In this document: in pieces, positions 10,074 through 18,613 of the stretch | Position numbering within the stretch: the first letter of the stretch is position 1 | Layout of the letters: every line of letters begins with the position of its first letter | Assembly: GCA_963785235.1 (NCBI GenBank) | Contig: CAWAUM010000012.1 | Span: forward strand, 32,001-96,000 | DNA length: 64,000 nt | Source of the DNA: an uncultured delta proteobacterium | GTDB taxonomy: Bacteria > Desulfobacterota > Desulfomonilia > UBA1062 | Reading direction: 5' to 3' | Notes under the pieces: generated by a model | What the model was told of the DNA's origin: nothing | Database searches by the model: none | The model's input: the letters and a program-made list of their open reading frames with translations, nothing else | Position numbers and translations under genes: made by a program

Positions 10074-10138
10074 ACACAACGTTTGACATGAGCTGCCGAC
10101 GTAGGCCGGAGGAAGTACGCCAGGTGGAAGGGTTAGGT
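10074..10138 (-). repeat. attC site
   Basis: ACACAAC...GTTAGGT between pssA and the next cassette. Confidence 0.7.
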
Positions 10139-10154
10139 CTCCTGTTGTACTGTC

Positions 10155-10781
10155 TCATGGCTTGGGGATATGGAATCGGCTGATCATCAGCGAACCCGAA
10201 AGTGCAAACATGAGCACGAGGGGATGAAGTTTGAAGCCCACCAGGGTGATCTCGCCGAACCACAAGTCCTGGTGCAGTGCCCCGGACCATGCAGCCAGCG
10301 CGAGGACAAAGACGAGGAGGATCGAAGTCGGTATGGGTGTTCCTTCGAAGTACTTCACCTTGTCAGTTCCCTGGGACAATGCTTCAGCAGTTACATTGTA
10401 CCGGGCAAGGCGTGAGACCCCGCAGGCGACGAAGAAAGCCAAGACGATGCGGTCATATAGACCCTGCATACCGCAACCGTACCCGATGATTGCCGGCGCC
10501 ACTCCGAAGGAGATGATATCAGCCAGTGAGTCGAGTTCTCGACCCAGTATTGAAGTCTTCTGCCGCCACCTGGCGATGCGGCCGTCGAGAACGTCGAATA
10601 TCATCGCAGCCAAGACGAGGCTGCACGCAAAATAGACATGCCTGACCTCATGCAGTTCGAGGTACGTCATGATGGAGAAGAGTGCACCTGTACCGCAGAC
10701 AGCGTTCGCGAGAGTGAACCAGTCTGCCAATTGGAACTCTCGAATCATCGAGAACGGCTTTTCCGGGGTACTTGTCTTCAT
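10155..10781 (-). CDS. pssA: CDP-diacylglycerol--serine O-phosphatidyltransferase (cassette)
   Basis: DVLDGRIAR...GRELDSLADIISFGVAPA; RLARYN; YFEGTPIP. Confidence 0.85.
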   Translation of the reverse strand: MKTSTPEKPFSMIREFQLADWFTLANAVCGTGALFSIMTYLELHEVRHVYFACSLVLAAMIFDVLDGRIARWRQKTSILGRELDSLADIISFGVAPAIIGYGCGMQGLYDRIVLAFFVACGVSRLARYNVTAEALSQGTDKVKYFEGTPIPTSILLVFVLALAAWSGALHQDLWFGEITLVGFKLHPLVLMFALSGSLMISRFHIPKP

Positions 10782-10811
10782 GGGATAAACCTCCCCCTGT
10801 TTTGATTGTGT

Positions 10812-10875
10812 ACCGAACGGTCAGCATCAGCGGTGCAGGCGGCAGCCCGCGTCCGTGTGCATGCCATGGTTGGAT
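10812..10875 (-). repeat. attC site
   Basis: ACCGAAC-GGTCAGCATCAGCGG...CCGTGTGCATGCCATG-GTTGGAT. Confidence 0.8.
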
Positions 10876-10879
10876 GCGA

Positions 10880-11287
10880 TCATTTTACCTTTTTATGAAT
10901 AATCTCTGAAAATAATCTTGGACTTAGGATTGGTATTTTTTTATATTTTTCAAGAATGAGCAAGTCTTTATCACCTGTTACAATGTAATCTGCTTTGGAC
11001 GCAACCGCTAGCCCAAGTATTTTTATGTCATCCGCATCACGGCAAACATCTTGTGGCAGGGAAACTGGACTGAACAGAGAGGAGTGTTCAAGAAGGAACT
11101 CCTTGATAGCGTGAATCATTGTTGCAGGAAGTTTTATTTTACGTTGGAGATTTCTTGTAACTTCATTCAGCAAATCATCGCAAAGGATTAACTCATGTTC
11201 GCTTAGGCAAAGTTCAAAGATGGATTCGCATAGTCCACGAGAAGCGAATGCAGCAACGATAACATTGGCATCAAGAACAATCTTCAT
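10880..11287 (-). CDS. PIN-domain toxin (type II TA)
   Basis: MKIVLDANVIVAA, CRDADDIKIL, ADYIVTGDKDLL. Confidence 0.9.
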   Translation of the reverse strand: MKIVLDANVIVAAFASRGLCESIFELCLSEHELILCDDLLNEVTRNLQRKIKLPATMIHAIKEFLLEHSSLFSPVSLPQDVCRDADDIKILGLAVASKADYIVTGDKDLLILEKYKKIPILSPRLFSEIIHKKVK

Positions 11288-11499
11288 GAAATTGCTTTGA
11301 AGACGTCCTCATCAGTTAAAAATCCTTGGGCCTCGGCAAATGGTAGTACCTTCTTCCGCAAAGAACGAAATTTCTCAACAGCTACATAGCGACGAATGGA
11401 TTCTCTCACTATATCACTCACGGGTTTGCTCTGTTCTTCGCTGAGCTTCTGTAAATCATCCCTTAAATCTTCTGGTAATCTAATCGTTAATGTATTCAT
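11284..11499 (-). CDS. Ribbon-helix-helix antitoxin
   Basis: MNTLTIRLPEDL...SDIVRESIRRY; ATGA overlap with the PIN gene. Confidence 0.85.
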   Translation of the reverse strand: MNTLTIRLPEDLRDDLQKLSEEQSKPVSDIVRESIRRYVAVEKFRSLRKKVLPFAEAQGFLTDEDVFKAIS

Positions 11500-11507
11500 G
11501 GTAAGAC

Positions 11508-11535
11508 ATTGTAGCACTCTAATTTTGAAAATCAA
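11508..11535 (-). promoter_or_regulatory. Cassette-internal sigma70-type promoter for the RHH-PIN pair
   Basis: Minus strand TTGATT-N16-TACAAT with TGn extension, just upstream of ATG 11499. Confidence 0.5.
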
Positions 11536-11549
11536 TAGCTACTTATAGC

Positions 11550-11606
11550 ATCCAACGTGCGGATCAGCGGCGGCTGAAAGCCGTCCGCTGGATTTGCTGG
11601 TTCGCT
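11550..11606 (-). repeat. attC site
   Basis: ATCCAAC-GTGCGGATCAGCGGCGGCTGAAAGCCGTCCGCTGGATTTGCTG-GTTCGCT. Confidence 0.85.
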
Positions 11607-11864
11607 TTAGCGATAGACATCTTTTCGATGACCTACTTTGACAACCCAGACAGTAAGTTCATTATCTTGGATAGAATATACAATGCGATAAAGTCCTTGA
11701 CGTATACGATACCTTTCTTGGCCTGTTAACTTTTCACTACCTGACGGGCGAGGATTTTCAGCGAGTTTCTTAATGCGATCAAGGATTCTGTTAAGATCCT
11801 TTTTTGGTATTGTCTTGAAATCTTTCTCTACAGATCTTTTGAAAAAGATATTATATGCGGCCAT
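11607..11864 (-). CDS. relE: RelE/ParE-family toxin
   Basis: LAENPRPSGSEKLTGQERYRIRQGLYRIVYSI...KVGHRKDVYR. Confidence 0.9.
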   Translation of the reverse strand: MAAYNIFFKRSVEKDFKTIPKKDLNRILDRIKKLAENPRPSGSEKLTGQERYRIRQGLYRIVYSIQDNELTVWVVKVGHRKDVYR

Positions 11865-12084
11865 CTTTTTTCAATCTCTTGACCATTTCATCATAGCTGA
11901 TCAGAGGTTCGGATACTCTATTCTCAAACGCTTCAAGATCTTCAGCGTCTTCTGCAAGGGATTCTCTGACGGCTTCATTAACCAGATCTGATACAGACCG
12001 GGATGTTTCGACAGCCTTTAATCGCAGTGCCTTATGAATATCTGGATCAAGGTATATAGTTGACCTTTTAGCTTGCATCGTCAT
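11851..12084 (-). CDS. CopG/RHH antitoxin
   Basis: KRSTIYLDPDIHKAL...SVSDLVNEAVRESLAEDAEDL; overlaps relE. Confidence 0.85.
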   Translation of the reverse strand: MTMQAKRSTIYLDPDIHKALRLKAVETSRSVSDLVNEAVRESLAEDAEDLEAFENRVSEPLISYDEMVKRLKKDGRI

Positions 12085-12108
12085 AGCGTCACCTCCCATT
12101 GGTGCTAT

Positions 12109-12140
12109 AACATTATAACGTCATAATGTTGATTTTTCAA
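12109..12140 (-). promoter_or_regulatory. Sigma70-type promoter with overlapping palindromic operator (TA autoregulation)
   Basis: Minus strand TTGAAA-N17-TATAAT; AACATTAT-N6-ATAATGTT palindrome at 12109-12130. Confidence 0.7.
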
Positions 12141-12153
12141 GAGTGATAATAGA

Positions 12154-12279
12154 GGCGAACGTTGCGGATCAGCGGACACAAACATAGCGGGGCACCAAGC
12201 CGGAAATTACCAACAGCCGTGAAGCGGAGCGGGGACAGAGGCAAAATCCAGCGCGGTTTGCTGGATTTGCTTGTTAGCC
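12154..12279 (-). repeat. Long attC site (126 bp)
   Basis: GGCGAAC-GTTGCGGATCAGCGGAC...GTTTGCTGGATTTGCTT-GTTAGCC; hicB stop lies within the end site. Confidence 0.8.
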
Positions 12280-12489
12280 TGTGATGGCAATGTATTCTGC
12301 ACTGGCGTGCGATTTTGGAATGGGTAGGTGATCTTCTTTTAACCCTTGTATATGTAATTCGATTGCATCATGGATGTTTTTTGCAGCTTGGTCCTTTGTT
12401 TTTCCCGTTGCTATACAACCAGGAAGATCAGGGGAATATGCAGAATAGTTTCCATTGGCTTTTTCAATCACGATTAAGAACCTGTGCAT
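12274..12489 (-). CDS. hicB: HicB-family antitoxin
   Basis: YSAYSPDLPGCIATGKT...AIELHIQGL. Confidence 0.9.
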   Translation of the reverse strand: MHRFLIVIEKANGNYSAYSPDLPGCIATGKTKDQAAKNIHDAIELHIQGLKEDHLPIPKSHASAEYIAITG

Positions 12490-12502
12490 GGAGATACCCT
12501 CC

Positions 12503-12703
12503 TTATTGCTTCCCGGATTTCTTTATCCCGGCTTGTTTAAATACGCTGTTTAAAGTTCCTGGGGCCAGATCATCGCCGGGATGTCCAGCAATTGTTACAC
12601 GCCCTTTCTTTTCAGGGTGCTTATACTGTCGATGACTCCCTTTCTGATACACTTGGTACCAGTCATCTTCTTCGATTGATTTTATTACATCTCTGATCTT
12701 CAT
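12503..12703 (-). CDS. hicA: HicA-family toxin
   Basis: KGSHRQYKHPEKKGRVTIAGHPGDDLAPGTLNS. Confidence 0.9.
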   Translation of the reverse strand: MKIRDVIKSIEEDDWYQVYQKGSHRQYKHPEKKGRVTIAGHPGDDLAPGTLNSVFKQAGIKKSGKQ

Positions 12704-12758
12704 ATCATTATATTTAAACTATCCCATACTTCTATCCAGATCAAGTTATTACAAGGAA

Positions 12759-12817
12759 AGCTAACACCGGGCATCAGCCGCGCCCGTAGCGAGTCGGCCT
12801 GGATGCCCTTGTTCGGC
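12759..12817 (-). repeat. attC site
   Basis: AGCTAAC-ACCGGGCATCAGCCGCGCCCGTAGCGAGTCGGCCTGGATGCCCTT-GTTCGGC. Confidence 0.85.
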
Positions 12818-12831
12818 GTCATTACATTAAC

Positions 12832-13835
12832 TTAGATTACCAATGCTTCATATTCAATTGGTATAGAAAAACGTTTTCTTAGTCGACGGAGGTATTCTTT
12901 ACTTTCTTCGTCGATCTGACTTTCGCCTACAACTATAATTCGATTTGGCTCCTGAGCTCCTGGCCAGAATCCATACTCTAAGAGTTGTCCAATAGCCTCA
13001 CGTAGACAGGCCCTCGGAGTCAGGGCCGTCTTGATCTCGTAGAACCAATAATGTTTTTTAATCTTAACTACTAAATCAATCAGCGTTCCCACTCCACTTG
13101 GTTGCTCTACTCTGACATTATCTCTGCCATATTTAGATGCCAGCTTCTTATAGAGCGCCTCCTGAAGGATATTATGGCGAAGATCAAGGTCGAGTTCTCT
13201 CTCTGCATAGGTTACTTTTGATTTAGTCGCCTTCTTGGCATATCCTGATTTGAAATTAAATCCTTGCTTGGGTAGCGGTAATGGTGCAGTAGCCCCTCCA
13301 CTTTCAACGTACTGATACAAAGGTATAAGCCGATTAAAATCATTTAAAATCTCCTCATAATCGATTCTCTTTGAGGATTGACGGTTTCCTAGAAAAACAA
13401 ATACGTTCTTCTCAATGAGCGTTGATGGAATCAAACCAGGTGGGTAATCTGAACTTCGCTCAGGATTATAATGCCACATACGCATATCATAAATTCACTG
13501 GCATTCATTTCCATATAATCATTGAAGAGCTTGACCTTCGGAACCAAGACATCAATCGACTGTAATGTCTGGCTGAGCTCAAATGAGAAAGCGACACCGT
13601 ATCTTATATCTTCATTCTCATCGCCATTTGCATATCCGATATTAAACTGAAGCTCTGTTCTCCCCCATGATGGAAGGCATAGTCATCAAATGTTGATATG
13701 TACACTGAAGATCTTGTCACCCGGTCGGCGCTTCAACTTCTTTAATTTGGTACGAATGTCCTGAATTGTGCCAATTGGATGGGCCTGAGCCAGTTTATTT
13801 AATTTGTTTGCTATAATAGGAATGTCAAGGGGCAT
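12832..13835 (-). CDS. PD-(D/E)xK nuclease-domain protein, frameshifted (cassette)
   Basis: ORF 12832-13485 has IDLVV...FYEIKT...REAIGQLLEY; upstream ATG at 13835 with GAGG reads MPLDIPIIANKL and later HHGGRTELQFNIG across indels. Confidence 0.6.
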
Positions 13836-13880
13836 AGTTTCTTCCTCTTACTAATTGTGTTGATAATGCTGATCCATATC

Positions 13881-13932
13881 GCCGAACGTGCCGGTCAGCC
13901 GCGGCCGAAGGCCGTCGGCTGGAGTGTTAGGC
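13881..13932 (-). repeat. attC site (short)
   Basis: GCCGAAC-GTGCCGGTCAGCCGCGGCCGAAGGCCGTCGGCTGGAGT-GTTAGGC. Confidence 0.75.
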
Positions 13933-13936
13933 TCTT

Positions 13937-14859
13937 TCATGATTTGGGGCCTTTGCCCAAGACGGCTTCAAGCCTCACTTGAAGCCTATTAGCCAACTCT
14001 TTCGGTGACTCCCAGTCAATACAGTTAAATTGCCTTATATCGAAGTGCAGATCTGCCATTTCGCTTCTTTGACAAGTCCAAAACACGGGTAACCCAATAC
14101 CTAGGGCATAGCCAGCTTCAAAATACACACCACCTCGTGGCCGGTAAAATCTGCTACAACGAATTTCGAGGAATTAATCTGCCTAATGATTTCGTCGTCT
14201 ATGCGATTGATGTGTTCTACCTGATCCATTCGCACTGGCTCGTACCCTGCCTCCATAATCCCCACTTGAAATCCATTGGTATATATTTCGTTCAGTTCTG
14301 GCTTAAAAGACATTGCTACAAAGCCGTTAGCAGACGCTGAGCTTTTGCCCCTTAACTCATCAAGCTTGATGTATCCCCCTGGTAAGATTGCGCATTCCCC
14401 ACCCATTGCTGTAAATTCTGCGAATCCCTGATCACGGAGTATTCCAAGAAGATAACCTACATCATCATTATTGGAAGAGTAGGTTGCTGCTAAAAACCTT
14501 GGCTCATTGATATTGAAATTGTCGCCAAGCCTCTTTAGGCCTTTTTCTGCTTCCACTAGCAATAATTTAGCCCGTTCCATTATGGGGGGAATAGGTGTGG
14601 CGATTATCGTTTTTAAGCTATCGGATGTGATAAAAGGAACAGAGCCAAGAGTATTCTGATTTCGAACCCATCCTGAAAGTATTGACCGGCGTTCTTTTCC
14701 CAGGCCATGACTCATCATTGAGAGAGCTGTTCCAGATACTTTGAACTCTCCACAACGAGGACAATTCTGATGAATACCGTCGAACCCCCCGCTGGGGATT
14801 GTTGTAGCAAGCTCGACAGAGCAGACTTCACACCGATCCTTGTCTTCATCTAGTTTCAT
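13937..14859 (-). CDS. Zn-ribbon + helical + nucleoside-deoxyribosyltransferase/TIR-like protein, one frameshift near 14135 (cassette)
   Basis: CEVC/CPRCG; FVAMSF...IDDEII...FVVADFTGH continues in another frame as GGVYFEAGYALGIGLPVFWTC...HFDIRQFN. Confidence 0.7.
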
Positions 14860-14872
14860 GTGAATCTCCGTT

Positions 14873-14932
14873 GCCTAACGCCACGCATCAGCCGCGCGCG
14901 TAAGCGCGTCGGCCTGGATGCGCTTGTTATGC
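14873..14932 (-). repeat. attC site
   Basis: GCCTAAC-GCCACGCATCAGCCGCGCGCGTAAGCGCGTCGGCCTGGATGCGCTT-GTTATGC; upstream gene's TAA lies in GCATAAC. Confidence 0.9.
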
Positions 14933-15485
14933 CTTTTTGCCCCGGATACCATCAATATTTGCATCAAACCAATTGCCCCAGTTTTCAAGCAAGACTTGTG
15001 AAGCGATTGATCCTTTTACATCACCTGTCTCGCTACTCTTTATGAAAAGCTCAACACCTCCAATAAATTCATTTTTAAAATGATCGCCGAACCCTTGATA
15101 ATGCCTATTCATAGAATCGATATCTGCTTTTTTTGCTTCTTCTAGCGCCTTTTTGTAATAAGAAAGAATCTCATCCATATCCGGTTGAGATATAAATTGC
15201 GAACCACCCTTATTTATAATTGCTGTAGCCTTATTTGTGTAATCTATTGCCAAAGAAACATGAGATGAAGAGTTATTAAGAAGGAGATATGAAAACAAAA
15301 TATGGCCAGGCTATAGCCTTTGCTGTGGCGACGACTTCCCCAAAAGCAAACCATTTCATAAATCCATGGGTCTTTGCATAATCCCAATTGTAGTAAGGAG
15401 TAAATACAAAGAAGGTCACAATAAAATAAAGACCGAAAATGGTACTAATAAGGTTAGTAAAAAATTTTTCAAAGATTGCTTTCAT
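14927..15485 (-). CDS. Hypothetical membrane-anchored protein, first cassette (ORFs 15276-15485 and 14927-15298, probably one frameshifted gene)
   Basis: AGGAG before ATG 15485; two overlapping ORFs fill a single cassette. Confidence 0.55.
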
Positions 15486-15499
15486 TATTATCTCCTAAG

Positions 15500-15568
15500 G
15501 CATAACAATTACTATACTGCACTTTTGCAGCATATCCCCATTGTTATTCGTAGCACAATTGCAGTATA
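15500..15568 (-). promoter_or_regulatory. attI-like recombination site
   Basis: Minus strand GCAGTATAGTAATT-GTTATGC directly before the first cassette, with no attC stem upstream; 9-bp inverted repeat TATACTGCA/TGCAGTATA. Confidence 0.6.
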
Positions 15569-15686
15569 TCCAGATATTGAGTGCAAGGCATTACGATGTT
15601 ATAAATATTTAAATAAACGATCGACAACTCTCATCCATTCCAATAATTTCCCAGATGAGACTGATTCAAGGATAAAAAGGCAGGTA

Positions 15687-16856
15687 TCACGGAGAACCCT
15701 TTTCCACCGGCACCAGTTCTATCTTCAGCGGTTCTCCCTGCTGCTTCTCCACCTGCACCTGGGCCTCCCACTCGTAGTAATCGGGCATGATCATGCGCAC
15801 CTCGTGGCCTCCGATGGGCAGTTCCATTGCCAGCGGGGATTTACCCTTGAAGGCGCCGTCGATATAAACCTGGGCGCCTGTTGGAAGGCTTTCCACCTTG
15901 AAGGCCCCCATCTCAACAGGGACTTCCTTTTTTGAAGACAGAAGAAAGAACGCAACTGCCGCTATAAGCACGAGAACCACCACCGCAGCCATGACCATGA
16001 CAATGGGGCTCTTCTTTTTCTCCATCTGTCCTGCAATTGCAGGCTCTTTTGATTTGAGAAAGGCCCGCAGGGCATCGGCAAGTTCGTGACCTCTTCCGAA
16101 GCGCTCGGCCGGTTTCTTGGCCAGGCATTTCATGATTATGTCTGAAAACTCAGACGGAACGGATGGGTTTAGAACCTCGGGCCTGGCCGGGGTCTCGCTG
16201 GTTATGGCGTGGAAGATGACTGCCAGGTTCTCCCCCTTGAAGGGCTTTGCGCCTGTGGCAAGCTCATAAAGGATTACCCCAAGTGAATAGAGGTCGGACC
16301 GTCCGTCCGCCTTTTGGCCCATGACCTGCTCGGGCGACATGTAGTTGGGTGTTCCCATGATCTCGCCCACCTGGGTCTGGTGGCTCGCCTCCGGGTCTTC
16401 TATGTGGGCGATGCCGAAATCCGTGAGCTTCACCGCACCGCCGGTGGCGGCCATGATGTTCTGGGGCTTGATGTCCCGGTGGACGATGCCCCGGGAATGT
16501 GCATAATCCAGGCTCTGCGCCACCTGGATGCCGATATCCGCTATCTCTTCCATACTCAGGGAATTTTCGCGGGCATAGGTATTGAGAGGCACGCCCTCGA
16601 GCAGCTCCATGGCGATGTACACCGTTCCCTGGTCTTCACCCACATCATAGACCGTCACGATGTTCTGGTGCGACATGCGCCCGATGGCTTTTGCCTCCTT
16701 GAGGAAACGCTGGACAAAGTCCTCGCTGCCCATGCGGTCGGACCTGAGCACCTTCAGGGCGATCTCCCTGCCGATGTTGGGGTCATGCGCCTGGTAGACA
16801 ACGCCCATAGCCCCCTTGCCCAACTCCTTGACGATCTCGTAGCGGCCGTAATTCAT
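15687..16856 (-). CDS. Membrane Ser/Thr protein kinase with PEGA domain (PpkA-like role)
   Basis: LGKGAMG, IALK, HRDIKPQN, DFG, YMSPEQ; TM helix; VESLPTGAQVYIDG. Confidence 0.95.
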   Translation of the reverse strand: MNYGRYEIVKELGKGAMGVVYQAHDPNIGREIALKVLRSDRMGSEDFVQRFLKEAKAIGRMSHQNIVTVYDVGEDQGTVYIAMELLEGVPLNTYARENSLSMEEIADIGIQVAQSLDYAHSRGIVHRDIKPQNIMAATGGAVKLTDFGIAHIEDPEASHQTQVGEIMGTPNYMSPEQVMGQKADGRSDLYSLGVILYELATGAKPFKGENLAVIFHAITSETPARPEVLNPSVPSEFSDIIMKCLAKKPAERFGRGHELADALRAFLKSKEPAIAGQMEKKKSPIVMVMAAVVVLVLIAAVAFFLLSSKKEVPVEMGAFKVESLPTGAQVYIDGAFKGKSPLAMELPIGGHEVRMIMPDYYEWEAQVQVEKQQGEPLKIELVPVEKGSP

Positions 16857-16859
16857 ATC

Positions 16860-17828
16860 CTACTTTTCCTTTATAAATGAGATGACCGTATCCAGGGGGA
16901 TAAGCAGCCCTGAGAGGTTGTCCCCTTTCAGTCTCCCCTTTACCATGGCCACGAGGTTTCCTTCTGTGTCAAAGACAGGGCTCCCGCTGCTGCCGGGCTC
17001 CACAACCATCCTGGCCTGGAGGAGGGGCTGACCGTCCACGAGCCTCGGCGTACCGCTGATAAAGCCTGTTAGTATCTTATTCCCATGGTCCAGGGGAAAA
17101 CCGATGGAGAAGACCTTCTGACCCATTTCAGGCTTTGCCTTGCTGTTATTAAGCGAGATCACCTCTGAAAAATGGTGGCTGCAATCGATCAGGGCGAGGT
17201 CCTTGCGTTTATCAATCCTGATGATCTTTCCAGCTACCATCAGCCCGTTGGAGAGAAAGATGGTCAGGGCCTGCGGCCTTTGAAGGGTGTGCGCCGTACA
17301 GATGATCAACCCATCCCTGTCTACGATGAACCCGGTGAGCTGAGCGGGGTTGTTTTTCCCTAAGGCCTTGATGCAGACAACAGCATCCATTCTATTCAAG
17401 ACAGGTGCAGGTACCTTCCTTTTTGGATCATCTTCGAGAGAAGGCTTATTCTGCAGGTTGACCGGGCCGGCCGGATCTTCACGCGTGGAGGTGTATCCCC
17501 ACGCGTAACCTTTCAGGTATTTCCATAATGCACCGGCATGGCCCGTTGTAACGGTGTTGTCTATTGATATCTCTGTAGACAGGGTGGAATGATGCTTCAG
17601 GACGACCCTCAAGGCCTGGTTATTCTTTGTTGCGCTGAGCAAAACTGAATCCTCACCTGTTGAACCGCTCACCTTGTATCCCTCGTGCTTCAGCCAATCC
17701 GCAACAACCTGTTCGGCTTCGTACCTGGGGATGGGGAAAACCTTGCTCTCAAAACCCTCTTGCGCCCATGCGAGGCCGGCATACAGCATGAGGGCCATGA
17801 ATATGGTGGCGATGAGTTTCTTCTGCAT
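16860..17828 (-). CDS. Exported trypsin-like serine protease
   Basis: Signal peptide ending AWA; CTAH, DLALI, PGSSGSPVF. Confidence 0.85.
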   Translation of the reverse strand: MQKKLIATIFMALMLYAGLAWAQEGFESKVFPIPRYEAEQVVADWLKHEGYKVSGSTGEDSVLLSATKNNQALRVVLKHHSTLSTEISIDNTVTTGHAGALWKYLKGYAWGYTSTREDPAGPVNLQNKPSLEDDPKRKVPAPVLNRMDAVVCIKALGKNNPAQLTGFIVDRDGLIICTAHTLQRPQALTIFLSNGLMVAGKIIRIDKRKDLALIDCSHHFSEVISLNNSKAKPEMGQKVFSIGFPLDHGNKILTGFISGTPRLVDGQPLLQARMVVEPGSSGSPVFDTEGNLVAMVKGRLKGDNLSGLLIPLDTVISFIKEK

Positions 17829-17850
17829 GTGATTCCTTACGAAAAGACCT

Positions 17851-18573
17851 TCAGCCAAGCAGCTCCACCAGCACAACCGTAACATTATCCTTTCCCCCTG
17901 CGGCCTTTGCCAGCTCGATGAGCTGACCGGCAAGGGCCTCAAGACTTTCCCTTCTGGTTAAACAGTTCCGGATAGCTGCATCGTCAACCATATCACTCAG
18001 GCCGTCCGAGCACAAAAGAAAGATGTCACCCGGCAGTCCCTTGCCCTTGAGAAGATCGAGCTCCACGAATTCCTTTGCACCCACCGCCCGCAGGATCACA
18101 TGGCGCATTGCATGGTTCCGGGCGTCCTGCTCGCTGATAAGCCCCTGCTTGACCTGATCGGCCACAAGGGAATGATCTACTGAAAGCTGCTTCAATTCGG
18201 CATTTCTCAGGCGATAGGTCCGACTGTCTCCGATATGCCCGATAACAATGTCATCGCCCGATATGGCAAGGATCTCTGCCGTGCACCCCATCCCTGCATG
18301 CTCGGGGTTCGAGGCCACATGATCGAGTATCCTCGAGTTGGCAAAAGTGAAGGCGTTCTTCACACGGTCCATCTGGGTTTGTTCAGTACTGTGAGAGGCA
18401 AAGACCTCTGTGGCGGTCTCTACAAAAATACGGCTCGCAACCTCTCCGGCAGCAGCACCCCCCATACCGTCGGCCACTGCCCAGAACCCCAGATCGGGCC
18501 TGACGACAAAGGCATCCTCATTGTTCGTGCGTTTCAGTCCCACATCCGTGATGCCGAAGGCATTGATCTTCAT
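17851..18573 (-). CDS. PP2C-family Ser/Thr phosphatase (PppA/Stp1-like)
   Basis: TDVGLKRTNNED, VADGMGG, HIGDSR, LCSDGL, GKDNVT. Confidence 0.95.
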   Translation of the reverse strand: MKINAFGITDVGLKRTNNEDAFVVRPDLGFWAVADGMGGAAAGEVASRIFVETATEVFASHSTEQTQMDRVKNAFTFANSRILDHVASNPEHAGMGCTAEILAISGDDIVIGHIGDSRTYRLRNAELKQLSVDHSLVADQVKQGLISEQDARNHAMRHVILRAVGAKEFVELDLLKGKGLPGDIFLLCSDGLSDMVDDAAIRNCLTRRESLEALAGQLIELAKAAGGKDNVTVVLVELLG

Positions 18574-18613
18574 TCTTTCTTCCCCTTATCCAAAAACCTG
18601 CTCCTGTGTTTCC

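Larger units (their letters stand above)
8026..15506 (-). mobile_element. Integron gene-cassette array (about 9 cassettes) with no integrase in the window (CALIN-like)
   Basis: Co-oriented, AT-richer short genes separated by imperfect palindromes bounded by ..AAC and GTT.. core sites; stop codons at 12274 and 14927 overlap the inverse core site. Confidence 0.9.

Noticed and set aside
8435-14932. Recurring GC-rich palindromes as a CRISPR array
   Set aside because: Repeats differ in length and sequence and are separated by whole genes; no cas genes; they fit attC sites
15366-15935. Plus-strand ORF at the expected intI position
   Set aside because: No tyrosine-recombinase motifs; it overlaps the first cassette and the kinase on the opposite strand
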